Numbered from the stretch's first letter, positions 20,578 through 29,815 are shown. The stretch: 64,000 nucleotides of DNA from Promethearchaeota archaeon (GCA_048937405.1 JBHLNF010000011.1:1-64000), one strand, 5' to 3'. A program made the numbers and translations. Notes: generated by a model not told the origin, from the letters alone.

Positions 20578-21872
20578 GCATGAGAAATAATATTAATAGA
20601 ATAAAAAAAATGTTTAGGGACTTATGGAAATACAAGATTTTTCGTTATGCTATATTAATTAATATATTTTACTTTATATTATCTTTAATTTTAACTCTGT
20701 TTTTTTTAAGAAATAGAAATGATTTTTTAGTATATTATGAAGGAGGGAAAGTTTTCATCAATAATGTGAATGAACTTTATAATAACGATTATTATACTTC
20801 CGATTGGCCATTCAGATATTTCCCAATATCAGCTATCTTTTTTGTCCCTTTTTATTTAATGGGTTTTGATTTAGGATTTATCATATTTAATTTCATTAAT
20901 CTGATACTGAATATTATAATCTGTTTTGTTCTTTATAAATTAATTATTCTCATTAGAAGTGAAGACCATGAACAAAAGGATAAAAGAATTGTATTGTATA
21001 TTAGCATGTTTTTAATGGGTTTACCTAACATATTTAATTATATTTTAGGACAAATTAATCTATATATTACTCTTTTAATTTTAGTATCACTTTACCTCTT
21101 CCTAAAATTTGAAGATACTAAGTATAATTTGATAGCTAGTATTATTTTAGGGATTAGTATATTATTTAAACCTATTACTATCTTTTTAATCCCTTTTTTA
21201 ATGGTTATTCATTTTGATTTAGAGCAAAAGAAATTTGAACTTAAATTTTTTAAGTCAATAATTCGTTTAATTGGTTTTCTAATACCAGTATCACTAAATT
21301 TTTTGGTGTTTTTAATGTATCCTGAATTATTAAAAGGATTTTTAGATGTAAACCTTACTGGAGAGGATACTGTGATTGTAAATCACTCATTTAGTATAAC
21401 CAAACTCATTCAAAATTTCTTTATAGTTATAGGTTTTTCGCAAGAACAATTATTAAGTTTTCAATTACCAATTTTTCTAATTATTATTATTATTTTAGGT
21501 GGAATAGGATTCAGTTTCTATATAATGAGGAAATTTGAGAATTATTCTTTAATTTATGGATATACTTTTGGAATTTTAATTATGCTTCTTGGATATTTTG
21601 ATTCTTGGGATCATCACCTCTTGATTCTAACACCTCTTTTGATAATTATCATATTTAATTTACCAAGAAGATCAGATTTAACAAGAAAATTCAATAAACC
21701 TAGTTTTTTCTTCTTAAATTTCTTTGATTTAGCTTTTTTTGGAGTATGGGTTCTTATTCAAGACTGGTTTCCATTTAATTTTGCGAGTACTATCTTTTTA
21801 TTACTATTATTTTATAGCAATTGTAAATGTTGTTTAATAAAAGTTATGCCCATAAATAATAATAAATTCTAA
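20574..21872 (+). CDS. GT87/DUF2029-like GT-C glycosyltransferase, paralog of 18536..19810
   Basis: NDFLVYY, FRYFP, EDHE.(D/K)DKR, GQINLYIT, FDSWDHHLL shared with the paralog. Confidence 0.85.
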   Translation: MSMRNNINRIKKMFRDLWKYKIFRYAILINIFYFILSLILTLFFLRNRNDFLVYYEGGKVFINNVNELYNNDYYTSDWPFRYFPISAIFFVPFYLMGFDLGFIIFNFINLILNIIICFVLYKLIILIRSEDHEQKDKRIVLYISMFLMGLPNIFNYILGQINLYITLLILVSLYLFLKFEDTKYNLIASIILGISILFKPITIFLIPFLMVIHFDLEQKKFELKFFKSIIRLIGFLIPVSLNFLVFLMYPELLKGFLDVNLTGEDTVIVNHSFSITKLIQNFFIVIGFSQEQLLSFQLPIFLIIIIILGGIGFSFYIMRKFENYSLIYGYTFGILIMLLGYFDSWDHHLLILTPLLIIIIFNLPRRSDLTRKFNKPSFFFLNFFDLAFFGVWVLIQDWFPFNFASTIFLLLLFYSNCKCCLIKVMPINNNKF

Positions 21873-21946
21873 ATATGATAATTGAAGATATATAAACAGA
21901 TAATAAAATCCGATATTTTATCATCAAACTAAAATTTAAAACAAAA

Positions 21947-22678
21947 ATGTTAGAATTTTATCCTCAGCCATTATTACTAATTTTTGCTCCAGCTTTTACT
22001 TTGGGAATTCTTCATACTCTAATGCCTTGTGAGGATAAAGCAATATTTTTTTTTTGGTCATTTGGTATCTCAAAAACTCTTAAAAAAAGTGTTTATATCT
22101 TGGTGCTTTATGGATTAGGTTTAATGACTTCAAATATGGTACTTGCTACTATCACTATTTTAATAAGTTTTATTCCTCGCCTTTTGATACCAGGAATACA
22201 TCAAATACCACCTAATATAATTAACTTTTTTGGAGCTATGACATCTATGTTTGCAGGATTTATTTTGTTATTATTTTATACAAGTAAGGGTTATATGCCT
22301 CATTCAAAAAGAAAAGATGAAATTTTTGAATTTAACTGGGAAAAAAAGAAGACTCCTTATTTATTTGGAATATTAGCAGGATTTGCTCCATGTATTTTTG
22401 AGTTTTTTATTTATTCTCAATGTTTAACATATTCGTTAGGTGCTTGGTGGGGATTTATTGATGGAATTTTTACTGTGTTTTATTTTTCATTAGGTACATT
22501 TATCGGATTATTTCCTTTAGCTTTAGCTAAACACGGGACATCTCAAATTATGAAATCTACTTCATCAAAAAGGAACTGGACATTAATAACTATGTTCGTC
22601 ATAATAATATTAGTTAATACTTTAATTATGATCTTATCATTTTTAGGGGTTTATATGTTCCCAGAATCTACTTTTTAG
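21947..22678 (+). CDS. NiCoT/DsbD_2 (RcnA/UreH-like) membrane protein
   Basis: GILHTLMPCEDK, GILAGFAPC, FSLGT motifs; about 6 TMs. Confidence 0.65.
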   Translation: MLEFYPQPLLLIFAPAFTLGILHTLMPCEDKAIFFFWSFGISKTLKKSVYILVLYGLGLMTSNMVLATITILISFIPRLLIPGIHQIPPNIINFFGAMTSMFAGFILLLFYTSKGYMPHSKRKDEIFEFNWEKKKTPYLFGILAGFAPCIFEFFIYSQCLTYSLGAWWGFIDGIFTVFYFSLGTFIGLFPLALAKHGTSQIMKSTSSKRNWTLITMFVIIILVNTLIMILSFLGVYMFPESTF

Positions 22679-22838
22679 TTTATTTCAGAAATATCTCTCA
22701 CAATATAATTGCAAAATTTAAAAGCCTATAGAAAATTCCATTGATAATAAAAAAATAAATTGGACTCCCAATAAAATATTAAGCAAGTTTTTTTTTAAAT
22801 ATAATATAGATTCAAAAATAAAAATTTTATTTCGAACT

Positions 22839-25211
22839 ATGAAATGTTTATTCTGTGAAAGCCAAAGAATTGACTTTACCTGTGAAAAATGTAAATCGAG
22901 TTTTTGTATCAATCATATAGCAACCACAGAAACTCATGAATGTCGAAAGCACAATCTTTTCTATTCAAAAGTAAAGGCATTAGAAAGAAATTATAAGTGT
23001 ACAGTTATAGAAAATAGTGAATGTCCTGTTTGTAAACATGTTCTAAGATTAGAACGATTATCTTCAGGTCAATACTATTTGGAATGTACTAACACCGAAT
23101 GCCCGGAAGCATGGAATTCATATTTAAAGACACCAGGCTTATTTTTTCCCTCAAAAGAAAAATTAGCTAGAGAAGCAATAAGATATAACCTTATGAGAGG
23201 AAATAAAATGATATTATGTAGTAAGAAATTGAGGCATATTATAGGGAGGGAAATCTGTCCTAAATGCTTTTTGGATCTATTAAAAAGAGCTCCGATAATT
23301 AACTTTTCAACAATTATTAATTCATTTAATATTTCAACAGATCAAATGATCAAATTCATCAATAAATATATGGAAGAAGAAAGAATTTATGGAATTGTTG
23401 ATCAAAAAAACCAGATGTTTTATTATATCTCCACCGAAATACGGAAAAAAGTACTAGCAAAGTTTCAGAGTGAAGGTATAATAAAGGTAGCAGATCTAGG
23501 AATAATGCTTGACATGAGTTCTGAAATTGCTCTCAAGGTGATTTATAAATTAATTAATCAATTCCAAATAAAAGGTTCTTTCTCATTAGATAAACAGACA
23601 TATTATACTCAAAAATATATCCTAGATAATTTAATTAAAGAAATTAAAGCTAAAGGAAGGGCCTCTTTAAAAGAACTTGCTAATAATTTCCATATTCCAA
23701 AAGAACTTGTAAAATCATTTTGCGTTAATATAATGAGGACAAAATCCATAAATGGATTTTTTGCAGATCGTGGAAATGAAATTATTACAGCAGATCAGAT
23801 TAATAAGGATATCAAACTTTTTTCTAAAGAGGCGGGATTATTTGAGCTTTCAAAACTAGCCACTAAATTGAAAATTGCTGTTGAGTTAGCACGAAAAAGC
23901 CTTCATGAACTTATTAAAACAGGTTCAATAAAAGGACTCTTTACACAAAGAAGAGAATTTATGACAAATAAATATATGGAGAAAAAAATAAAAGAACTTG
24001 CTCGAGCATACAGAACTATGCCTTTAAGAGAATTATCTAATAGATTAGGAGTAACTGAATCAAGTATTGAAGAGAATTTAGCGCAGATTATTGCTCGAGG
24101 TGATATTGATGGATATATTGATATGTCAAAGAGAACATTTGTAGCTTACAGTGTACCAATGGAGGTAAAAGCTCAATCAAAACAGAAAATAACTAAAGAC
24201 CCTACTGATGGTGGGAAAATTGAAGTAGTTCGTGAATACGATTTTATTGGAGGACAATTACACTATAAAGTAGTCATCCGCAATCAGGGCAATATGGCAA
24301 TAAACTCAGTCAAAGTACTCCTGGACGTACCAACTAGTTATAAAGCTAAGGATCATTTAATTAATATACCAGTTATTGAAGCTAAAAATTCTAGGGGCGT
24401 TGATTTCTATTTGGAACCAAAAGAATGTGGAATATCGAATATAGGTGGTGATGTAATCTATAAAACAGCATCAGGCGACAAAAAAACTGTCCATATTAGA
24501 AAAAAAGAAGTGCAAATAAAATGTCCATTGGTAGTCTCTTGTCTAGCTACAATTGAAGATATTCAAATTGCAATTGCAGATCTTCCTAATGATGCTCGAG
24601 CATTTTTAATTGCCGATTTAGACCCCCGCTTGGCATTTAGAGCGGCAGTAAGAACAATAAAGCGTTTTGAAGTAAGTACAGTAACTTCTCACGAAGGCAA
24701 TGATGCGAAAGGTAAATATGAAGCAGAAAGTTGGCATTGTTCAGAAGCAAAGGTTGGTGGTGGAAGGATTATAACACGAGTTTATGTATCTGAAGCAAAT
24801 CAGTCTTTGGAGGTTAGAGTTTGGTGTAACCACCCAGGTCAACTCACTGGTTTCCTTGCCAAAATAATAGAGCTTTTATTTGAGGAAATAAATATAATAA
24901 GGAAGATTAAATCCGAGGAACGAGAAAAAACAATTGATGTCATGGCGATTACCCAAAATTTGGCAGAAATTTCTGACTATTGTATGTTAAGATGGAAAGC
25001 TCAAAATATAAGAAACAAATTACATGATACTTTTGTACGACTACGAAAAGTATTAGGTGAAAAAGAAGCCATTCTTGGTAGAATTGAGTTTTGGCTTACT
25101 CAATTGAATAAATACGGCAAAGATGATAAAATTAGTGATGAAGACGCTGATAAATTAGTAAATGATGTTGAAAATTTTAGAAATGTTATTGCAAGATCTA
25201 TTAAATTATAA
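22839..25211 (+). CDS. Multidomain protein: Zn fingers, UFL1/PCI-like winged-helix repeats, Ig/platform-like C-terminus
   Basis: CxxC/CxxH clusters; repeats such as GSFSLDKQTYYTQKYI...GRASLKELA; PCI-type YRTMPLRELSNRLG...IARGDIDGYID; beta-sandwich YKVVIRN..VKVLLDVP. Confidence 0.65.
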   Translation: MKCLFCESQRIDFTCEKCKSSFCINHIATTETHECRKHNLFYSKVKALERNYKCTVIENSECPVCKHVLRLERLSSGQYYLECTNTECPEAWNSYLKTPGLFFPSKEKLAREAIRYNLMRGNKMILCSKKLRHIIGREICPKCFLDLLKRAPIINFSTIINSFNISTDQMIKFINKYMEEERIYGIVDQKNQMFYYISTEIRKKVLAKFQSEGIIKVADLGIMLDMSSEIALKVIYKLINQFQIKGSFSLDKQTYYTQKYILDNLIKEIKAKGRASLKELANNFHIPKELVKSFCVNIMRTKSINGFFADRGNEIITADQINKDIKLFSKEAGLFELSKLATKLKIAVELARKSLHELIKTGSIKGLFTQRREFMTNKYMEKKIKELARAYRTMPLRELSNRLGVTESSIEENLAQIIARGDIDGYIDMSKRTFVAYSVPMEVKAQSKQKITKDPTDGGKIEVVREYDFIGGQLHYKVVIRNQGNMAINSVKVLLDVPTSYKAKDHLINIPVIEAKNSRGVDFYLEPKECGISNIGGDVIYKTASGDKKTVHIRKKEVQIKCPLVVSCLATIEDIQIAIADLPNDARAFLIADLDPRLAFRAAVRTIKRFEVSTVTSHEGNDAKGKYEAESWHCSEAKVGGGRIITRVYVSEANQSLEVRVWCNHPGQLTGFLAKIIELLFEEINIIRKIKSEEREKTIDVMAITQNLAEISDYCMLRWKAQNIRNKLHDTFVRLRKVLGEKEAILGRIEFWLTQLNKYGKDDKISDEDADKLVNDVENFRNVIARSIKL

Positions 25212-25290
25212 TAGTATTTTATCAAAAAAAAATTTATAAATCTATATATCTAGTATTATTATTAAATAGGAAACAAAGAGGAATAAAAAA

Positions 25291-25707
25291 ATGCCTATAA
25301 TTAGCATTAGTATTAATGAGAGTCTTAAAAAATTTATAAATAAACTTGTTTCAAAAAATCACTATGATAATAAATCTAAATTGATCCGAGATGCTTTATT
25401 ACGCTTGATGTCAACAGAAGATATATCCTCTAGTCTCGATTCATCAAGCGAGTTAATCCCCATTACAAAAAATATAATTGGTAATATGATCATCGTCGCT
25501 CCAAATGAGCAATATGTTCAAAAGAAATTAAACAGAATTGAAAACGAATATATAGAGGAAATAGTAAGTAAAAATCAACATTTTGTAAATAATAGTTGTA
25601 TCACATTCATGGTTTATGATGGAAATCTTCAAGGATTCCAAAAACTTGTTGTTGAAATAAATAGCATTGAAGAGATTAAGAATTTCCGGTATCTTATAAT
25701 CAATTAA
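25291..25707 (+). CDS. NikR/CopG-like RHH transcription regulator with ACT-like domain
   Basis: IISISI...NKSKLIRDAL; C-terminal domain has only partial NikR metal ligands (QH...C). Confidence 0.8.
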   Translation: MPIISISINESLKKFINKLVSKNHYDNKSKLIRDALLRLMSTEDISSSLDSSSELIPITKNIIGNMIIVAPNEQYVQKKLNRIENEYIEEIVSKNQHFVNNSCITFMVYDGNLQGFQKLVVEINSIEEIKNFRYLIIN

Positions 25708-25787
25708 ACTATTTAATTTATTGTTTGATTTATAATAATTATTTAATGAAATTTGGAATATTATATATTCAATTTTGGTGAATTTCT

Positions 25788-26147
25788 ATGGGAAAAAATA
25801 AATATGGAAAGGGATTTCAAAAAGGATCACAATCAAAAGGAAGAGGTTCTAAAACAGGAGGTGCTCCTATTCGCGGAGGTAAAATTAAAGCTAGTCACAT
25901 TTTAGTAGAAAAATTTACTAAAGCTCAAGAGATTTATGAAGATTTAAAGACAGGTGAAAAATTTGAGGAATTAGCAAGCAATTATTCCACATGTTCGAGT
26001 AAGAAAAGAGGTGGTAATTTAGGTGAATTTGCTAAAGGAGATATGGTTCCAGAGTTCTGGAATGCATGCACGAAGCTGAAAATAGGTGAGATTTCCCAAC
26101 CAGTAAAATCCAAATTTGGATACCATATAATTAAAAGAACTGGTTGA
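25788..26147 (+). CDS. Parvulin-type peptidyl-prolyl isomerase with basic Gly/Lys N-terminal tail
   Basis: ASHILV, FEELA..YS.C.S...GGNLG.F..G.MV.EF, PVKSKFGYHII. Confidence 0.95.
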   Translation: MGKNKYGKGFQKGSQSKGRGSKTGGAPIRGGKIKASHILVEKFTKAQEIYEDLKTGEKFEELASNYSTCSSKKRGGNLGEFAKGDMVPEFWNACTKLKIGEISQPVKSKFGYHIIKRTG

Positions 26148-26153
26148 AAAGAA

Positions 26154-26224
26154 AATCTGAATCCCTTGCGGGGATAATCATCCAATAACTAAAGTTTTTT
26201 TATAGGAATCATTTTTCTCAGATT
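26154..26224 (-). ncRNA. Structured RNA element copy 1 (SECIS/K-turn-like)
   Basis: AATCTGAG/TTCAGATT closing stem; ATGAT-TCCTATAA-AAAAACTTTAG-TTATTGGA-TGAT; ATCCC-CGCAA-GGGAT hairpin; near-identical copy at 26616..26685. Confidence 0.55.
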
Positions 26225-26289
26225 AAGTATAATAAAAATCTTTAATTTTTTTCAGAATTTTTGGTTTGTAATATTTATTCTTTATCTCT

Positions 26290-26490
26290 CTATCCTTCTT
26301 TTACTTCTTTTCTGTAGAATACAATGGAAACTATCGCACCAATATAACAAAATATTGCGGGAATCATTAAATATTCAAATGTCATTCCTCATGATTTTAT
26401 AAAAATAGCGTAGTAAAGAAGAGCAGTACCAATAATTATGAATAAAAAAGTGGCAGTAATAAATATGCTTTTTCGATTGCTATTATCCAT
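26290..26490 (-). CDS. 66-codon two-TM protein with in-frame TGA (candidate selenoprotein, or nonsense pseudogene)
   Basis: MDNSNRKSIFITATFLFIIIGTALLYYAIFIKS-TGA-GMTFEYLMIPAIFCYIGAIVSIVFYRKEVKEG-TAG; AAGGT SD and TTTATAAA box upstream. Confidence 0.5.
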
Positions 26491-26615
26491 TGAATTTTAA
26501 CCTTTACTTTTTATTTATTATGTAATTAGTTTATAAAAATCAATCTTTTCTTTTATATTTAAAGAAGCAATTCTTGATTTTTTCATTACTGTAAATTGTA
26601 AATAAAAGGTAAAAA

Positions 26616-26685
26616 AACTGAATCCCTGACATGGATAATCATCCTATAACTAAGATTTTTTTATAGGAATCATTTTTCTCAAGCC
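26616..26685 (-). ncRNA. Structured RNA element copy 2 (SECIS/K-turn-like)
   Basis: ATGAT-TCCTATAA-AAAAATCTTAG-TTATAGGA-TGAT with a perfect 8-bp stem; ATCC..GGAT hairpin; followed by a T7 run. Confidence 0.55.
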
Positions 26686-26814
26686 ATACCTTGTAGATTC
26701 CCATAATTTCTTGGTATAATTTCTAATTTGTATGATTTATTCTTTTCATTCGAAATTGAATTATAACTACTATTAATATAAAAAGCTATTGCTAAATATT
26801 TAGAAAAGTAGTTT

Positions 26815-26945
26815 TAGCCCAGCACGGAATTTCGATATACGATATATTCGTGAGTTTTTCGAACCGTGGTCCAGGGGTATCTCCAAGATCGTAGATGTTT
26901 GGACTTATCAGGGCCCCCGATGCTTGACCGCTACACCACTGGGCT
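26815..26945 (-). tRNA. tRNA-Gln(CTG) with two 29-nt introns (37/38: 26907-26879; 59/60: 26857-26829)
   Basis: A1-U72 acceptor AGCCCAG/CTGGGCT-A, D-arm GTGTAGCGGTCAAGCAT, T-arm CACGG TTCGAAT CCGTG after splicing; BHB-like junctions at both introns; 73-nt spliced product. Confidence 0.85.
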
Positions 26946-27105
26946 GATTTGATTATTATTAATCTGATAACTCTAAAAAACTTTCTTAATCTGAATAAAA
27001 ATAAGTCAATACAGAAAAATAACTTCTTTTTTATAAAAAATAATAATTTTTCATTTTTTTGTCAAATAGGATAAATTTATTTACTAAGATCGATATTAAT
27101 TTAAT

Positions 27106-27246
27106 TGGATTACACACACTTGATTTGGAGGACTTTAAAAAGATATCAGTTTAAAAAAAACTAGTTTTTAAAACCCCGTGTGACTGAAAAAAAACCCCAT
27201 GTAAACTGAAAACACTTTTTTACAATAATCCTCCTAGTGTAATCCA
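27106..27246. ncRNA. Putative long-hairpin non-coding RNA or inverted-repeat element
   Basis: Nested pairs TGGATTACAC/GTGTAATCCA, GGAGGA/TCCTCC, AAAAAG/CTTTTT, CAGTTTA/TAAACTG. Confidence 0.5.
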
Positions 27247-27422
27247 CCCTTTATGATAAAATATCAATATGATATTAGTATAATATAATCAAATTTGATT
27301 ATAAAAGAATTTAAAAGCATTTATTTTAATAAGGATGTTGAGTCATCTAAAATTATAATATGAGATTAAAATTACTATTATAGAGATAATATAGAATAAT
27401 ATACTCTCAAGAATCAATTTAG

Positions 27423-28622
27423 TTAAATTGATTTATTTTGATATCGGTTAAATATTTCATTAAAATATTTATCAGACATTCCTGCAATATAATCTCTTGC
27501 TATTAAAGTTAGCTTTTTATCATTTTTAAGTGGTTTATAATAAGTAGCATAATTTTTATCGTCAATATATTCAATATGATCTTTAAAGATGGGGGCTTGA
27601 TAATTTTCTTCCTCCAAATCTATTAATGATCTTTCAAAAATTAATAAGAACCTATCTTTTAGTTCATCTAAGTATGTTTTTGTAGATGATATCTCTTCTA
27701 AATCTCTTCTAACATATATATTCTCATAATTAAATGTTTTTAGTTCTTTTAAAGCTTGAAAAATTTCATCACTATAACCAATAATATCATTATCTAAACT
27801 GAAATTCAACAGATCTGTTATAAGTGTATTAATTATTTTCGGATTAGTATCCCCTAATACCTCTATACAGTTTTTAGGAATTTCATTTCGGTTTATTAAC
27901 TTTAATAAAATGGCATCCTCAATATCTCTCCCTATATATGAAATTGTATCTGCAAAACGTACAGAAATTCCTTCATATGTCATAGGTATTCTCTTAATTT
28001 TATTTTCATGAAAACAGTCATTATATTCTTTAAAATGATCCTCCCAAGATTTTCCATTTCTTTTAATGGGTTTTAATTTTTGTTCATTTACTTCACCGTC
28101 ATGACATAAAATGCCATCAAGAACTTGTAGAGTCAAGTTAAGCCCTTTAGCGGGTCTATTAGGAAATCTTTTTTCTAAGCGTGAAAGCCATCTTATTCCC
28201 TGAGCATTATGACTAAATGCTCCCATATTATATTGATTACTGATTTCATTCAATATATCTTCTCCTAAATGTCCAAATGGAGAATGTCCTATATCATGTC
28301 CTAAAGCAATAGCTTCTATTAAATCAGTATTTAACCTTAATACACGACCTATTTGCCTACTGAGTCTTGAAACCAAAGTAACATGTAGGGACCTATGTGT
28401 AATATTAGCATTATTAATATCAAAAAATACTTGAGACTTATCGATATATCTAGCAAATGCCTTGCTATGAACTATTCTATCTACATCTCTAAAGAAAGCA
28501 GGTCTGATTTCTTCACTTTCTTCTTCATAGTATCTTGTAGCTTCAGAATCTAATATACCATGAATTCCAACATCATCTCTTTTCATGCGTGTCTGTAAAA
28601 GTTCAATTGTTCGTTTATCCAT
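27423..28622 (-). CDS. dgt: dGTP triphosphohydrolase-like HD-domain protein
   Basis: FFRDVDRIVHSKAF.R..DKSQVF, HDIGHSPFGHLGE, F.HNAQG.R, DYIAGMSD.Y. Confidence 0.9.
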   Translation of the reverse strand: MDKRTIELLQTRMKRDDVGIHGILDSEATRYYEEESEEIRPAFFRDVDRIVHSKAFARYIDKSQVFFDINNANITHRSLHVTLVSRLSRQIGRVLRLNTDLIEAIALGHDIGHSPFGHLGEDILNEISNQYNMGAFSHNAQGIRWLSRLEKRFPNRPAKGLNLTLQVLDGILCHDGEVNEQKLKPIKRNGKSWEDHFKEYNDCFHENKIKRIPMTYEGISVRFADTISYIGRDIEDAILLKLINRNEIPKNCIEVLGDTNPKIINTLITDLLNFSLDNDIIGYSDEIFQALKELKTFNYENIYVRRDLEEISSTKTYLDELKDRFLLIFERSLIDLEEENYQAPIFKDHIEYIDDKNYATYYKPLKNDKKLTLIARDYIAGMSDKYFNEIFNRYQNKSI

Positions 28623-28784
28623 GGCTGTAAAAAACTGGTGATTTTGTATTTATCTTAAAGATATGCATAATAAAAGATTGAATAAAATCTTAAGAAGATT
28701 ATGCCATTTCACTATTAAAATTTATCGGATTTAAGTCGAAATTTAGATAAATATTCTTAATTTATTATATTCGATAATAATTTT

Positions 28785-29741
28785 TTAACCGAATTTAACA
28801 TTTATTGCGTTATATGGACAAGCTTCTTTACATTTCAGACAATAGTTGCATTCACCTTTTCCTGTAAAAAACTCAAAAGGCTCATCCAGAATTCTTATTT
28901 GTTTTGGGCATACTTTTTCACATTTACCACATTCTGTTCTTCCTATACATCTAACAGGGCTTCTTGATAACTTAAGGAAAGAATACTCACTTATAACAGA
29001 AGATAATGCTGCAAAGGGACAAATATATCTACAATAAACTCTTGGATACCAAACAGATAAAACTATAAGAATTAAATAAAAAATACTGATGAAGAAAACT
29101 ATAAAATTTTTAAAAAGAGGTACTAAGCTGGCATTATTAAAGATATCTTTTGCTAAATTTGGAAAAAATACAAAAATATATTCTGAAAGGGAAAAATAAG
29201 ATAAAGGTTTTTCCCCTAAATCTCCTAAATTATTTCTGAAATCTAAATAAAAATTATAATTAACATCATAGGTAATAGCTAATGGAATTAGAAGAATTCC
29301 CAAAAAAATTATTATAAAATATTTAAGTTTTAATAAAGAATTATGAGTACTTATCTTTATAGGTCTTTTTTCTATTGGAATTGCAGCACACGCATCTTGA
29401 ATGGTACCAATAGGGCATAACCACCCGCAAAAAAATCTATTTGTAAATAGTATAATTAATATAAAAACCCCTAACAAAAATGTTGGGAAGATTCCTTCAA
29501 CCATAGAAAAGAAAATATATTCCATAATTCCTGCTCCGTTTGAAATTGGATTTCGAGGAGAATTCAAGACTGGTAGTATCTTAAAGATACTCTCCAAACC
29601 AACTAAATTAATATTAAAAATCAATTCTATAATTAAATAATTTATAAAGATAAAAGCGATAATTTGTATAATATGTCTTGCAATAGTTATCAGATGATTC
29701 TTAATCTTATAATCTTTTAAAAAATTCAATGAATACCACAA
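28785..29741 (-). CDS. NapH/MauN-like membrane 4Fe-4S polyferredoxin
   Basis: RFFCGWLCPIGTIQD, RVYCRYICP, C...CGKCEKVCP, CNYCLKCKEACP; start uncertain. Confidence 0.85.
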   Translation of the reverse strand: MWYSLNFLKDYKIKNHLITIARHIIQIIAFIFINYLIIELIFNINLVGLESIFKILPVLNSPRNPISNGAGIMEYIFFSMVEGIFPTFLLGVFILIILFTNRFFCGWLCPIGTIQDACAAIPIEKRPIKISTHNSLLKLKYFIIIFLGILLIPLAITYDVNYNFYLDFRNNLGDLGEKPLSYFSLSEYIFVFFPNLAKDIFNNASLVPLFKNFIVFFISIFYLILIVLSVWYPRVYCRYICPFAALSSVISEYSFLKLSRSPVRCIGRTECGKCEKVCPKQIRILDEPFEFFTGKGECNYCLKCKEACPYNAINVKFG

Positions 29742-29815
29742 AATACATTTTAAAAAGAGTAATTAATGCTATTTAAAAAAATTATTTTTTCTCTAAAAAA
29801 CAAAAGAATGGATAG

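Noticed and set aside
26154-26685. Duplicated element as a CRISPR array or att site
   Set aside because: Only two ~70-nt copies ~460 nt apart, no cas genes, no similarity to the tRNA 3' end and no integrase.
26905-26916. Reading the intron-containing tRNA as tRNA-Ile (CT-GAT-AA loop)
   Set aside because: No matching anticodon stem in that register; A1-U72, the D-arm and BHB geometry fit Gln(CUG).
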